DNA of 64,000 nucleotides from contig NIVC01000037.1 in NCBI GenBank assembly GCA_002269645.1, positions 620,001 to 684,000 on the forward strand. The letters run 5' to 3'. Positions 1 through 13,426 of this stretch are shown here, in pieces; within the stretch, counting starts at the first letter, position 1, and every line of letters begins with the position of its first letter. The stretch comes from Macrostomum lignano (Eukaryota). The translations under genes were made by a program, and so were the position numbers. The notes below the pieces were generated by a model, which was not told the DNA's origin, did not search any database, and worked only from the letters and a program-made list of their open reading frames with translations.

Positions 1-300
1 GCTACTCATGTAAGTAGTAAGTGTGGATGTCGTAAAAATGGTGTCTGACCATAAATTATCTTGCGTATGTCCTTTCTTTCTCTCTCTCTGTCTCTTGTCT
101 CTCTCTATTTTCTCTCTGCCCTTTTCCATTGCTTCCAATGCATATTGCATTTGTTCGCCATGAGGCAGGAGTCGTACTCCAAGACAAATTTATAGCGACT
201 TAATCTAAATTAATTTTGCTGTACTTTTACTGTGTCAACGCTTTTGGGATAGAGGGTCCGTCGCCTCCTCCTTCTCCCTCACTCTTTTTTCTCTTCTCTC

Positions 301-634
301 TAAAGCTGGCATGTACATTTTAGTGGCGCTGGCTAATGTACATTGCTTATCGATCGCCATTCGTCCCTCAAGTCAGCCATGCTGGACCTTATTTACAAGC
401 CAACCCCCTCAAACTTTCTACCCAGATCTATTTGATCACTGTAAGTTTTTTTGGTAGAAGTGTTTATTTGTATTTTAGACATTCTTACCCCATTAGCTGA
501 ACCCCTCCGATCGCGACTCTCTGCACCAGATCTCTATCCCCCCCACCCCAGCCGCCCAAACTATTGCATTCCCCTCTGTGTTCCAATCTAAAGCTGGCAT
601 GTACATTTTAGTGGCGCTGACTAATGTACATTGC
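301..634. repeat. Dispersed repeat with about 45-bp hairpin motif (two direct copies here, third inverted at about 33995-34090)
   Basis: TAAAGCTGGCATGTACATTTTAGTGGCGCTG(G/A)CTAATGTACATTGC at 301-346 and 589-634; reverse-complement homolog at 33995-34043 with similar G/C-rich flank. Confidence 0.6.
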
Positions 635-723
635 GTCTTCACCAATAGCAAGTTGTTTACGTCTGCAAGTGAAGGCGGCGATGGCGATGCGCTTTCATAA
701 TCAAAATTTCACAATGCCGAAAC

Positions 724-1202
724 TAGGGATTGCAATCCCGGGATCCCGGGGTCCCGAATTCCGGGACAAATTTTTGTTATTATTTTACAAAAAGTGTGGT
801 AATATGAACATAATTGGGCTTACAACTAGTTCATTATACTGCGCTAATTTCCGTTAATTGCCCCACGTCGCGTGGCGCCTTTTTAAACCCCGCATCATCA
901 CAGATTTATATGTGAAATTTATTCCAATGTAAATTTTGATATTTGATTTGCTTCTTTACTACTAATTAGTACTTTTATACTACTTACTTAAATACGTCAC
1001 AAGATAATGCTGTTTTTTATCTTCAAATAGATCATTAGCTCTAAAACAATCAAAAAAGGAAGCAAAAAACGTTTAGCGCATATTTTGCCTTAAAATTTCA
1101 ACCCAGAAGCTTAAAAATCAGTATTTTTCTGAGATTGGCCAAATTCCGGGATTAAATCCCGGGATCCCGGGATCGCAAAAAACCGGGATTTTGCAATCCC
1201 TG
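724..1202. mobile_element. Non-autonomous DNA transposon (MITE), hAT-like
   Basis: Terminal inverted repeats TAGGGATTGCAA..TCCCGG / CCGGGATTTTGCAATCCCTG with subterminal CCCGGGA repeats; flanks gccgaaac / gtcaaaac (6/8 match, possible decayed 8-bp TSD). Related CCCGGGAT-rich fragment at about 48654-48780. Confidence 0.6.
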
Positions 1203-1615
1203 GTCAAAACTTCACAACCTCAAAATTCATAAACCCGAAATTTCTTATCATCGAAAATCTATGCAGCACATTTTCTAATGCCTAAATTTTACAAAACCGA
1301 AATTTCACAAAGTTAAATAGTCGAACTCCACAATGCAGTATGTATCTCTTATCTCTCCAGTGTATTTCGACATTGTGAATTTTCGAGCTTAGGAAAGACA
1401 GTGTCCTTCAACATTGTGAAAATTCGGGTTTCTGAAACGACCCCTTGCAAGTCACTCCAAGTACCTCTTTCTATAAAATAGCTTACGCATTCTTCCTTGC
1501 TACTGAACTGAAACTGTAAAGAAACTGTTATACAAAAGCAACAGTGCCTTAGCGGTTCATCTATTTTTATTATATTATCTGTGGCTATAACCGACTCCTA
1601 AACCCCAATTCAAAG

Positions 1616-1917
1616 GCCCGGTTCGCCGCTTCAAACGGGTTTGCGAGCAGATCCAGCAGTCGCTGCTGGCCTCGCGGCCGTGTCCAGCCGGGCAGAATTC
1701 GTCTCCGCAGAAGTCAGTCGCCGGCACGACAGCATCGGCGGTGACTGTGTCCGTGCTGCAGACCCGCCAGGTGCATCCGCAGCCGCCTTGCGAGCGGACG
1801 GCCGCTGTTGGAAGCTGCGGCGGCGTCGGCGGCGGAAACGGGGGTGACTCAGACGAGACAAAGGTGAACATCCTGATATATCTTGGTGCTTCTGTTTCTA
1901 TCCACGTAAATATATGA
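1616..1917 (+). CDS. BRSK: C-terminal exon of a BRSK/SAD-1-type (AMPK-related) kinase; upstream exons not identified
   Basis: Not in the ORF track (no ATG). AG acceptor at 1614-1615, then phase-1 reading (G)PVRRFKRVCEQIQQSLL, which resembles the KA1-like C-terminal motif GPSRRFKRVVETIQAQLL of BRSK1/2. Frame stays open to TGA at 1915-1917; a possible donor AAG|GTGAAC at 1864 could end it earlier. Confidence 0.7.
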
Positions 1918-2142
1918 ATAGTATGTCTGGTTTCGCTTGTAAAAAAGTAAATCCAACTCAAATCCGCGCCCAAACGGCCCTGAAACATTGTTTGACAATC
2001 CTTAAACGTCCTAAAAATTATTTTACTTATAAGCAACCAAAAATGACATCTTATATATAAAGCTGAGTGGACCTACGGACCGGGTTTAACGCGTATCTCC
2101 TCCTAGACGGCTGGCAACTCAAATGCGGAACTTATATATATA

Positions 2143-2440
2143 GAAGAGAGGAGAGAAGAGGGGAGAGAGGAGAGGAGAGAAAGGGGGAGATGAGATAGGA
2201 GAGGAGAGGGAAGAGAGTAGAGAGATGAGGGCGCAGAGAGGAGAGATGAGAGATGAGAGATTAGAGATTAGAGATGAAAGAGGAGAGAGGAGAGATGAGA
2301 GATGAGAGCAGAGAGGAGAGAGGAGAGATTAAAGATGAGAGACCAAAGAGGAGAGAGGAGACAGGAGAGAGTCTCAGTCTGAAAGATGGCAGTAGAGAGA
2401 TGGTATTTGAGAGGTTTTATAGAGGAGTTGGAGAGGATAT
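2143..2440. repeat. GA-rich low-complexity tract
   Basis: Degenerate (GAGA/GGAGA)n; explains spurious ORFs 2274-2577. Confidence 0.85.
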
Positions 2441-3607
2441 GGAAGATGGGATTCGGTCATGCGATTCAGCTAATGGATTTCAGGGAATGGAATTCTGGCG
2501 ATAGGAGTTCCATCCCCTTTCTCCTCCAACGGAGGAGTTGGCCTCGTTTAATCATAAAGATACAAAGAATAAAATAAATACCTACCCTTAAGCTTTACCT
2601 GTTAGTTAAACGATTGTTTGACAATGCCATTTTTGGCGCGAATTCAAATTTGAATACAAAATAAATATATACATACATTCACGCCGGTACAAGTTTTAAT
2701 TTGGCACTAACCTTAATCCGCGTGCTCCATTTCAGTTGGCTCCAAAAGTTGACTTAAACAGCGCTCTATAGCGAATAGCCAATATTGCGGTAATGGCACT
2801 GGATTCCGTTGAACTATTTCTTGACTTAGAGATCTTGACGTGATCTGCCCGATTGGCTGACCGAGCGGAAAGGCACCATAAGGTTTTGTTGTACTTTTAG
2901 ATGTAACTCTTAAGCGATTTTTTAAAACTATATTTGTTTGTATTAGCCTCGAAGCTTTTTGTTGCCCATTAAACGCGTTTGCAACTGGGACAGCGTGGCC
3001 TAACACTCTGCTTTGATCTGCTATTTTTCCGATGCGCGGTTTTTTGTTTCCGATATAACTAATTTGATAAAATTCTAGTCTGTAAATGTGAATTTGCCGT
3101 GACTAAGTACTGCACAGTTGTAGCCTCTAGTCTCTGATTATCGATGCACTTTTGACTTGTTCTGGTCTCAGTTGCAACTGTTTTATTTTCTCACATGCCG
3201 ACGTTTTGTGTGTTTCCTCAACACTCTAGCATTATTCCCTTTAGCGATTCGAGTTGGGGAGTTTTTCCCCCCGAATACAATCTAGTCAACAATCGTTTGT
3301 GATGAGCTCGGAACAGTTTCTGCGATATATAAATATATACCTTGTATGCGGCTTTTCTCTCTGTTTTCTATGCTGGTTCGCGCAGCTGTCAACAAAAGAT
3401 TTTCCATCCGTATTTGTAACCCTAATAAAACTTAGATAGCGATAAAAAAGTGAAAATTGTCATACATACATGCACTGTAGTACTGCGTTATATACCATCG
3501 ATAACATTCTGTGCTTCATCTGCGCCCATTTCTGCTTGTCTACCTTTAATGAATACTAACTCATTGCTTCCGCACTACTAGTGATACCATATGTGGACTC
3601 AATAATA

Positions 3608-3855
3608 AAGCTGATTGGCTGGCTAAGTAAGGATAAGAAAGCGGCACTGAAGCTGATTGGCTGGCTGGGTTAGGTGACAAAGCGACGCTAAAGCTGATTG
3701 GCTGGCCGGGTAAGGGTGAGAAAGCGACACTGAAGCTGATTGGCTGGCCGGGTAAGGGTGAGAAAGCGACACTGAAGCTGATTGGCTGGCTGGGTTAGGT
3801 GAGAAAGCAACACTGAAGCTGATTGGCTGGCTGGGTAAGATTAGAAGCGACATAA
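3608..3855. repeat. 42-bp minisatellite, about 6 copies
   Basis: AAGCTGATTGGCTGGCTGGGTTAGGTGAGAAAGCGACACTG-type unit. Confidence 0.9.
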
Positions 3856-5180
3856 AAACTGAAATACGATCGTAGTAGATAAGAGCAACGTTTCCACACA
3901 ATCCACACAATTTAACAGATTTATTTTCTGCATGATCCAAGTCATGATGCCTCTGTTCATTCCTGACGCACTAATCCTCTAAAATACTAGCACGTAATGC
4001 CCTTCGAAAGTTTTGACAGTGCAAGAGGTCCCATCGACAGTTTTACTCGCAATTAAGTTTCGAAAGTCTCTCGTTCGTCACCTACCTCTGCCACTTTCTT
4101 TGTAGGACACTTCTGTATTAGAGTTTTGAACACTAACGCTTGGTGTATTTTCTATAAATTGTAGTCTTTGTACCAGTAGCTCGCGTCCTAACAGAACCTT
4201 GTTAATTAGCGAACATCACATTGAGTTGATAAAACAATCTGTCTTTTTTCTCGTTCTAACAGCTTTATTTTTGTCTGCCGCGTCCAATGTACCACTTGTA
4301 GAAGCATACTGGGCAATGAGTTCACAATGAGGTTTGGGAACAGACTGGCCCACTGTGAGTGGTGATTTGTCTCATAACAATACAGTACGAGCGTAGAGCA
4401 TCCTGGGCAGGAAATTACATGTAAAATCTGAGCTGTTTTCCCTGTTTTGTCTTCCTTTTTAATGATTTAATGAATTTAGCTTACTATTTGATACAGTCAA
4501 ATTTCTCTATAGAAGAGAATAATGGTCTTGAAAGCAGGGTTTCTTGTTCGAAATCCAGGTGCTCAAATAGCAAAATTTCACGGAGTCAATTTCAATACTG
4601 AAGTACGTGAATGGACACAACGGCAATAAGCTGTAAACTTCCAGACGAAAACAACACAGCAAAAACTAAATTTATGCCTAAAATAAAACTGAGGTGCCAA
4701 CTGGGGCGACATTGGAGAGATTTCCAGGTAGCCCTTCAAAAAAATGGTGTCATTAACACATCTTGCGCTAGAAATACTTCCATAGGATTAATATTCATAG
4801 GAAAGGATTTAGTAAATGTCAAAAGTAGCAACCGCAGTAACTAAAGTTGCGGATTGAAGAAAGCGCGATTGCTGAATCGAATAGCAATATAATTTCAGTT
4901 AATTAGGGCTAAAGCTTTCATAGAAATGGGGATGGGAATCATGGAGAATCGGTCATATTAGCGACTTGTAATTGTTTTGAAAAAGTGGGCTATAAAAAGT
5001 ATGCTAATTTCAAGGAACGACTAAGCTACTGGTATAGCCAGCTATTTAAAATTCTAAGAAATCAAGAGCTGAGGAAAAGAGGAAAACCAGTTCTGTCAAA
5101 TGAATTTCCCTAGAAGCTGGGGCAGTTTCGTCATCTTCGTTGCATGATTGTTCCTGGTTGCTCATCTTCATCCTGCAGTC

Positions 5181-6437
5181 TCAAGCGCTTTCGTTTGTTC
5201 CATTGTCGGCGCTCGACTCTACTGCGTCTGGGCCACTTGCAGAGCCACCGCCGCCGCCGTTGCGGCCGTCCTCCTCACTATTGACTGCGTTGCGATGCTC
5301 AGAGTCAGAATTTCCCGACTTGGCCTTGATACATTTGTTCAGGTAAAGTTTAGCTCTGATGTGCTACGAGTGTACTTTAAGTTCCACAACCAGCGCTGAC
5401 GGCAAAACTGTAAGCAGGCAAGCACTCGTACACGCGCTCACACAGGGTGTACTACAGCAGTTCTGACTTTCTAATCGTCAGGCACGTACACCAAATAGCA
5501 CTGCGTAGCACGGAATCGAACCAGGGGTCGTGGCACGAGAGTCAGACGCGTTCACAGCTGAGCTGCTCTGCATACTGGCTTTACGTGTAAAAATTCTCCA
5601 AATACTCAAAGTACAAACAGTACGTCACATCGAGTGAATAAAGCTATTTAATCAATACTTAATCAGCCGCATCTTTCCACTTTGTATTTCCAACACAGCC
5701 CAGAGCTGCTACCCGTCACATCTGGAGCTCAACTGAATTTTCAAGTCTATGGAAGTGCAAAGAAATCCTACCGACGACAGTGCAGATAATTTAAAGCCCT
5801 TAGCTGTTACCTGGGGCGGCTGCTGCTGTGGCCGAATTTTCCGCCGGTTCTGCGGCGGCTCCGGTGAATCTAAAATGGCGCAACAAAAATTATTCTAAAA
5901 TTAAATAACATTGGACTGCAGTTTTGAGATTTTTCTAAATGAGATCTTCATCTCATTCAATTCAGGAGGCTGGCGGCCCGTCTCGCGGGAAATCAGAGCC
6001 GCTGAAGGCGCGCGGCTGTCACTCACCAGTGGCCGCCAGTTTAGCCGCCTCCGCTGCCGTCTTCGCGCCCTGCATGCCAATGGCGCGTCGGTCTGGAGAA
6101 GAGGCGGTCGGCTAGGTTAGTAATAAACTCACTCGCTTTTAGTGGGAAGTTTTCTAAAATCCATCGCATTGCTAGCCTCCTACACAGACAGACAACTCAT
6201 TTTTTTTATTTAGGATTTTTCCGGAACAGAATGGTGCTCTGCTGTTTTTCACTTAATTCACCAATGTGTTTCACATTGAATCAACACATTCAAGTAGATT
6301 TTTCAAGTTAAGGAACATTTTCAGTCTCTATCTACCTGTACATCCTATCGAATCAACTTGGAATCAAAGGGCAGTATTAAAAAATCAACCAGAAAAGATT
6401 ATTACGCTCGTATGCACAAGTTTCTGATGACCCGCTT
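5181..6437 (-). CDS. Tentative downstream small exons (low-complexity tail) of the doublecortin-family gene
   Basis: Phase-consistent GT-AG chain found by hand: 6437-6406 (EAGHQKLVHTS), 6111-6027 (PTASSPDRRAIGMQGAK..., branch-like ACTAAC upstream), 5869-5811 (DSPEPPQNRRKIRPQQQPPQ), 5363-5181 (HIRAKLYLNKC...ESA*). No homology support; model is inference. Confidence 0.35.
5405..5571 (-). mobile_element. Putative tRNA-derived SINE copy
   Basis: Minus strand has an A-box-like AGCTCAGCTGTG, a B-box GGTTCGATTCC, then a body GTGTACGTGCCTGACGATTAGAA...CCTGTGTGAGCGCGTGTA shared with 8700-8790, 49320-49350 and 62725-62850. Confidence 0.55.
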
Positions 6438-7137
6438 CTACATTTGGCCAGCTGAAGTAGACGGACGTAGGCAGGTAAGGAACGTACAGGAAGTCTTTTT
6501 ATTATTTTTTAACGTTTTCTCAAGTGACAGACCAATTTAACATGAAAAATCGATTAATGCATCGTTAGAGCAGCATGTGAGGCACAAAATAGTGTGATTA
6601 GAACTTTCTCTGACACTGTTAAGAGACCCAATCACTGTTTTAGTGTTGAAAATCGTGAAGTTTCCTATCTCCGTAGTGTATTTTTCCGGTTAAACCTGCC
6701 TTTAAAACTATTTCTGAACGAAAAGCTTTATGAATATCGATAGAGCACTAAAAAAGGCACAATATATCAAAAGATGAACACTGGATCTGCCTCCTATCAA
6801 AAGCAATAACAATTTTTGTGCTGAAAAAATTAAAACCTCCTATCTCTGTAGTGTATTTTTCGGCGAAAAGTTGCCTTCAAAACATTTACTATAGATTTCG
6901 AGTGTAGCATCCTAATATATATGTTACTGGAGTAGTCCTTGCAAGTATATTTTCGTATTACTCACTCCTTACGGCCGGATCTCCTGCTTATTACTAAGAA
7001 AACGGAGTGTTGCGTTCATAAGCATCCATGCTACTACGTTTGGCAACGTTTGGCAATAGTAACATAGTCAAATGTTTCTATACCTACAAGCCACTGTCCT
7101 GTCAATCACCCACACAAAAGCGTCCCCAATGCCTCAC

Positions 7138-8530
7138 CATTCTCGTTCAGTACGAAGTCCGAATTGTTGACCTTCTCCGTTCCGTACGCGATGAACACGC
7201 CACTGTTGCCGAGCAGATCCTCTAGACACGTGACCTGACCAATGGGGTTTGGTTGCGCTAAGATTGAGATTGTGCTGCTAAAATTTGGACAACCTAGAGC
7301 CTCGGAAATTTAAACTGCAACGCATTAGGAGCCTGGCTAAGCTTAGTGCAAAGCTTGACGATGTTGGCTCAGCTGTAGACTGACGCAAACGAATGCCATC
7401 ATAGCAAACTATTACACCCGAAAGGATCATAGTTCAGTCCAGGCCACGGATCGGATCTCAGCAGCTGAGAAACCACTCGTTTTAAGAAAGAGTAAGTTTC
7501 TAGTTATTACGCACGAGTAAATAGTTCAAAGGCTTTTTATTACCTATGGTTTGTCAAGAAAGTTGTGATTAATCCTCGGAAAGAGCGATGCATTTTTGTT
7601 AATGAATTTTGGAGCGAAACTCGGCACGGTTTGCCACTACAGCCTCCTTCTGTATAGTTGTCCATGTTAGAGAGAATAACAATTGTCACCTGGAACCTTT
7701 CTATGCAAAGCCATCAAATATACGGGACATTAAATGTCAAATGTTTCTGTAAAACGTACCAGCCGCCCGTCCGTATTGAACAGCCGTCGCACTGGCCCGG
7801 TAGGTAGCCGCACCGCTTCGCTGATGTCGGCCAGTACGCGGTCAAAGGAGCGCGCGGTGCGGCTGTTGAGCAGGACGCGGGCCGCCCGCCTCGGCCGCGA
7901 GCCTCCGCCAGGCAGCACAGCGATGATGCGCGGTCGCACTGACCCGGAAGCCGCTCGGGCGGCGTCAGAGGCGGACGATGGTGGCGCCGACCTCGGCCGT
8001 CTCAAGTACCAATCTGGCGTCGGCGGCGGCGCGGGCGTCTGGTGCAGCGGCCGGGCGGCCTTCAAAGCCGGGAACCAGCCGCTGCCGCTGCCGCCGCCTC
8101 CGCATGCTCCACCGTCGCCGCTACCTCCGGTGGTTTCGTACTCGACTCGCTTCAACTGGTCAAAGGAGGCGCACACGTAGCTGCCGCCGTCGGCCAAATC
8201 GTCCAGAGTGCGCACCCGCTGGCCGTTGAGGGAGAACAGGTAGCGAACGCCCTGCGGTAGGATGTTGCGGTCGCACACGGGGCTGTTAGTGAGGTCGCTC
8301 AGCAGCGAGTCGAATGTGCGGTGCCGTTCGACGGAGATGGCGAACTGGTAGCCGCGGAAGTAGCGGTCGCCGTTCCGAAAGAAGCGAACCTTTTTAGCGC
8401 GGCGAGTGTGCAGGCGCGGATCGGGGAGCAGCATCCTGGAAGTCTGCTTGAGCCGAGCTGAACTTACTTGCTGGATAGCTGAAGTACCAGCCAAGTCAAT
8501 TTGCGGCTCTTCTTTTATCAGTTCAACCAT
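7138..8530 (-). CDS. Doublecortin-family protein with tandem DCX domains (first two coding exons)
   Basis: Exon 8530-7760 encodes RAKKVRFFRNGDRYFRG...LPQGVRYLFSLNG..V..LDDL.DG.SYVCAS (DCX1) and RVLLNSRTARSFDRVLADISEAVRL.TGPVRRLF..DG (DCX2), with donor CTG|GTACGT. Exon 7234-7138 (cag|...|gtgagg) encodes VTCLEDLLGNSGVFIAYGTEK..SDFVLNEN, matching the DCX/DCLK segment [24 protein letters not shown].LDENE. Confidence 0.92.
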
Positions 8531-8609
8531 GGAGTTTTAGAGAGAGCATCTGGTGGGAAGGCTCACCGAGCCAACCCCCCACGAGTTTTAACCAATAAAA
8601 AACTCGCCA

Positions 8610-8790
8610 TTGCAACTCGACCTGGATTCGGATCGACTTAAACAGCAACAATTTCCGGGGTTGTCGCGCGATTCACACCCTGCATTAGGGCCAACCCACA
8701 AGGCACAGAGAGTGTACGTGCCTGACGATTAGAAGAAATGCCTCTGTACATCCTGTGTGAGCGTGTGTATGAGTGCGTGCCTGAGTACAA
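8610..8790 (+). mobile_element. Putative SINE copy (same body as 5405-5571 and 62725-62965)
   Basis: GGGCCAACCC..CAAGGCACAG..GTGTACGTGCCTGACGATTAGAA...TGTACATCCTGTGTGAGCGTGTG aligns by eye to the reverse complement of 62740-62850. Confidence 0.5.
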
Positions 8791-8804
8791 TATTGGCAAG
8801 CTTG

Positions 8805-9989
8805 TACGAGGGATCTTTAAAAAGTTCAAGTGTCTTTACATAAAGCTACGAGTATAGCCTTAAAAATGTTACACAATGTCAAGAGCATAATGCTGTTCCT
8901 ATTTCGCCGAGGCTCTAGCGCCAGCGAAGCTGCTGCTGAGATAAAAAATGCGGTACCGCAGAGGATGAAGCTTCATCTCTCCGCACTGTGCACAAGTGGT
9001 TTGGTCGCTTCAAGTCCAGCCATTTCGATTTGGCTGACGAGCCAAGAAAAGGTTGTCCAAGAACCCTCGACGGACTCCTTGAATGTGGCTGCTGTGTGCA
9101 GTCTGCTCTGAACGAAGACACAAGAATGACAATTGAGAGGATGGAGGGAAGCCTGGGCATTGATGCCACATCGATTTGGAGGATATTGCACGAAGATCCT
9201 CGTGTCACCAAGAAATTAAGCTGCTAAATGGGTGCCGCTAATCCTATCACCAGAGCACAAGCGGCAGACGATCGAATTCTGCAGGAATCATTACTGCAGG
9301 TGTCATTTCCTGAAAAATTTCAAAGCTGGCACCTCTGCGAACTTTCTCAGAACATCGTCACTGGTGACGAAGCCTAGTTTCATCAGTACGACAAACAAAC
9401 TAAATCACAGTTCAATGGTTCGGTCACCTCCTTTAAAGGCGAAACGGATGAGATCAGCTGGAAAAATCGTGTTCGCGATTTTTTCACGCCCAGAGGGCCA
9501 TTGCGGTCAATCGGTACTAGTTGAGCAAGGTTGAACAGTGATCTCTGATTCTTACGTGACCATCTGCTTGCCCGTCGTGTTCAACTCAATTGCAGCTGGC
9601 CGCGAAAAGGCAAAGTTACCGTCGCTACTTCCTGCACTACGACAACGCGCCTGCTCACACAGTGCAACACATTGAGGCTTCATGGCATCCAGCTGGTGAG
9701 CGCTCCGTCTTATTCGCCGGACCTGGCGCCGTGCGTTTTCTGCTTATTTCCGAAAAGCAATCAGCCGGTGTAGGAGCAAAGCTGTTTGAAACTCGTGATG
9801 AGCTCATCTCCGCTGTAAACCGCTTATTAATATCTAGCTGCTTGCTTTCCATCCCTTTCTACGAACTTTTGAGACCGGACTAAGCAAAATCGTTTTTTGC
9901 CAAGCTATCTCTGCAACCCTTCGGCAAATATTATTTCTACGAGTACTTAACGTCAAACTTCATTTGAATGTGAAAATGGATTGCTCGTA
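8805..9989 (+). mobile_element. Degenerate mariner-family (Tc1/mariner) transposon
   Basis: Left end TACGAGGGATCTTTAAAAAGTTC. Frameshifted transposase fragments: HTH region (KWFGRFKS..FDLADEPR.G.P), WVP motif, IVTGDE, HYDNAPAH, YSPDLAPC. Multiple stops and frameshifts; right end uncertain (CTCGTA at 9984-9989). Confidence 0.85.
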
Positions 9990-10476
9990 TTGTTTTCAAC
10001 AAAAAAATTTAGTAGCAAAAAAGACAGCATGCAGCTTCAGTTTCTACTTTATCAGCCAAGCTCGTACGATTACCTGCATCAGTGATCTCTCAAATGAAAG
10101 TCCAGGCGTCTTTGGTCTATTTAGGTAGGAGTACTTCAAAGTTGCTGCAGCACTCAGCTGTTTCTGATACTGGCTACTCTATGGAGCTCAGGCGAGAGGT
10201 AGGCCTCGATAAAATGTCATCACCCAGTAGAAGTGCATTCGGTGGGTGAACCATATTCTTAAACTTACGTCAAAAGGTGTCTTGAGCGGGTAGACATCTT
10301 TGAGTGCGAGTACATGTAGCTCGTATGCCGTGTCTTGTACACTGAGACGCTTCTAAAGACATTTGCTAGTGACCGTCAGGCCATCCACCTCACCCCGATT
10401 GAGGCTGCACGTCCTGCCCATCTGAACTTTTTCGCAACCATGTGAACGCTAAGGGTCTTTGGCTCTTCAGCGTCTT

Positions 10477-11461
<985 letters not shown>

Positions 11462-11840
11462 ATACATGTATCTACATGTATGCTGTGTAAATTGCTGATC
11501 CATTTCTGACTTGATTATAAATAAAAAAATTTCTAGGTCTCAAACCAAGCTGCAGTTTTCGGAGATCATAGTCGATGGCTCAAGCTGGGGTCATAATTGG
11601 GCAAAGATAGGCAAGAGTTTCCTTGAGCAAAATTGATTGCAGTTTTGGCAAACTTGATCACAAAAAAGGTATAATAAGAGTTAGTTATTAAACGGAGATG
11701 GGGACTGGAAGTAGCTAAAAATCGTGCATAAATATTACTTTTATTGAAACTAACATAAAACAGACGGTCGTACTGCCTTTTCTGAACTGATCCAGAATCT
11801 GTAATCGCATCGCACGAGAGACTTCGCGCCTGCCTTAGCT

Positions 11841-11985
11841 CAGGTGGTTGGCAGGGTTTTTTACCTAGAGGGCCAGACAAAAAATCTAATTCTTTATTTA
11901 GAAAGAGGAGAGGGAATAGAGGAGACAAGAAAGGAAAGAGATGAGAGATGATAGATAAGATGAGAGGAGAGAAGAGTGAGAGAGA

Positions 11986-12072
<87 letters not shown>

Positions 12073-12182
12073 GAGAAGAGAAGAGACACAAACCTTGAGC
12101 GGGTCGAATTGCTATTGTGAAGTTCCAAAGGACCTGAGGGCCGGATAGAGAGGCTTGGCGGGCCAAAGTTTGCCGACCCCTG
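11841..12182. mobile_element. hAT/Charlie-like MITE containing a (GA)n tract
   Basis: Right end reverse-complements to CAGGGGTCGGCAAACT (Charlie-type terminus); left end CAGGTGGTTGGCA is a degenerate partner. Internal segment GAGAAGAGA..CAAACCTT..GCTATTGTGAAGTT..GGACC.GA.GGCCG recurs at about 50220-50310. Confidence 0.5.
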
Positions 12183-13426
12183 CCTAAAATTGCTAATGAA
12201 AAGGAGCCCTTAATTAACTTTTGAAGCTGTCAAATTATTCACGCTGAAAGTGAACAATACTCGATACACCTGAAAAAAGCACATTAAACCAATATAGTTA
12301 GGCTCTCTGTGTGATCGGTGTATTTTGCCAACAAAATAGCTAAGTTTGATAAGAGGGCAATGCAATGCAGGACAGGCATTATTACGGATTTGCAGTCAAT
12401 AAAAAGATTCATTTTCAAGGAGTTCGGGACAGCAGTTGCTGACGATCTGCGGCGGTGGGCACACAACGCCAAGAGTGGTTTTTAAAACAGACTGGCTAGG
12501 AAGTTGCGGCGCAAGACAGCGGGGCCCGCCAGCGCAACGGCCAGACAAGTTTTGACCTTTGTGTGTAAAATCGGGTCGACAAGGGCCAATTTTCGACAAA
12601 AATCATCGAGAAAAAAGTATGCAAGCGGAGAAAAAGAAGAGAAAAAAACTGAATGGAGAAAACATAATTTGGGTATTGCGTTTGGTAAGTAGTGAGTGAG
12701 TCTCGTGCGGACTTGTAGCACAGCTATGCACTCAGGTCGCTGGGTATGATTCGATTAGTGGAAGTGCCAGGTGCTGTTGGCTATGAAAAAAAGAGAGAAT
12801 TCAACTCAACATAGTTTTGGAACGGGTTCGGGAGAAAAATCGATTCGAAAAATGTACAACAGGAAAGCATCGGCGCCCAAAAAATCAGCAACCGGAGGGC
12901 AACAAAGACCAGCAAAGTGCGTCTGGAATTTACAAAGAATTCACCCAGTGCAAGCCATTCGCCATCTGAGCTCTCTTTGTCTAGGGCACATACCGGTATT
13001 GTATTCGGGCAATACAAAGCGTTGGGGACCGAGTTTCATCTGCTGGATGCTGCAGGCTAAAAAGTGTCACTGCCATTGTCTATTACTATAGCCGAATGAA
13101 GACCACGAAGACAAGAAGGATACTAATGAGGAGACTAATAGCGGGATTCCCAAACTTAACAGCCTAAGTCCTTTGAGCATCAGGTGTTTCTTGATTTTGA
13201 AAATAAACAGATAGACACCTGAGAATACATGCAGCACAACAACTAAATTATGCTGATTCGGGGGGGGGCTACGAAATGCCCCAATAGAAGTAAGAATAGT
13301 AGGGGAAATTAATCTTATCGGCCTCATAAGATCCTTTCTGGGGCATCTCACAAGCATCTCGGTAACTTGAGAATCTTTTATTGGACTTCAATCCCCTCAA
13401 AATTCCCTGCCCGCAAGTCCCCCCCC

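Noticed and set aside
1575-2036. Minus-strand Cys-rich ORF resembling a zinc finger
   Set aside because: Antisense shadow of the plus-strand BRSK-like exon, which has the recognisable motif and an acceptor site.
5500-5571. Possible tRNA gene
   Set aside because: A/B boxes are present but the acceptor stem does not pair and it runs into a repeated body, so it is treated as a SINE head. The same applies to 62910-62965.
12400-13100. Coding-like purine-rich stretches downstream of PRODH
   Set aside because: No recognisable domain and no consistent splice chain in either strand.
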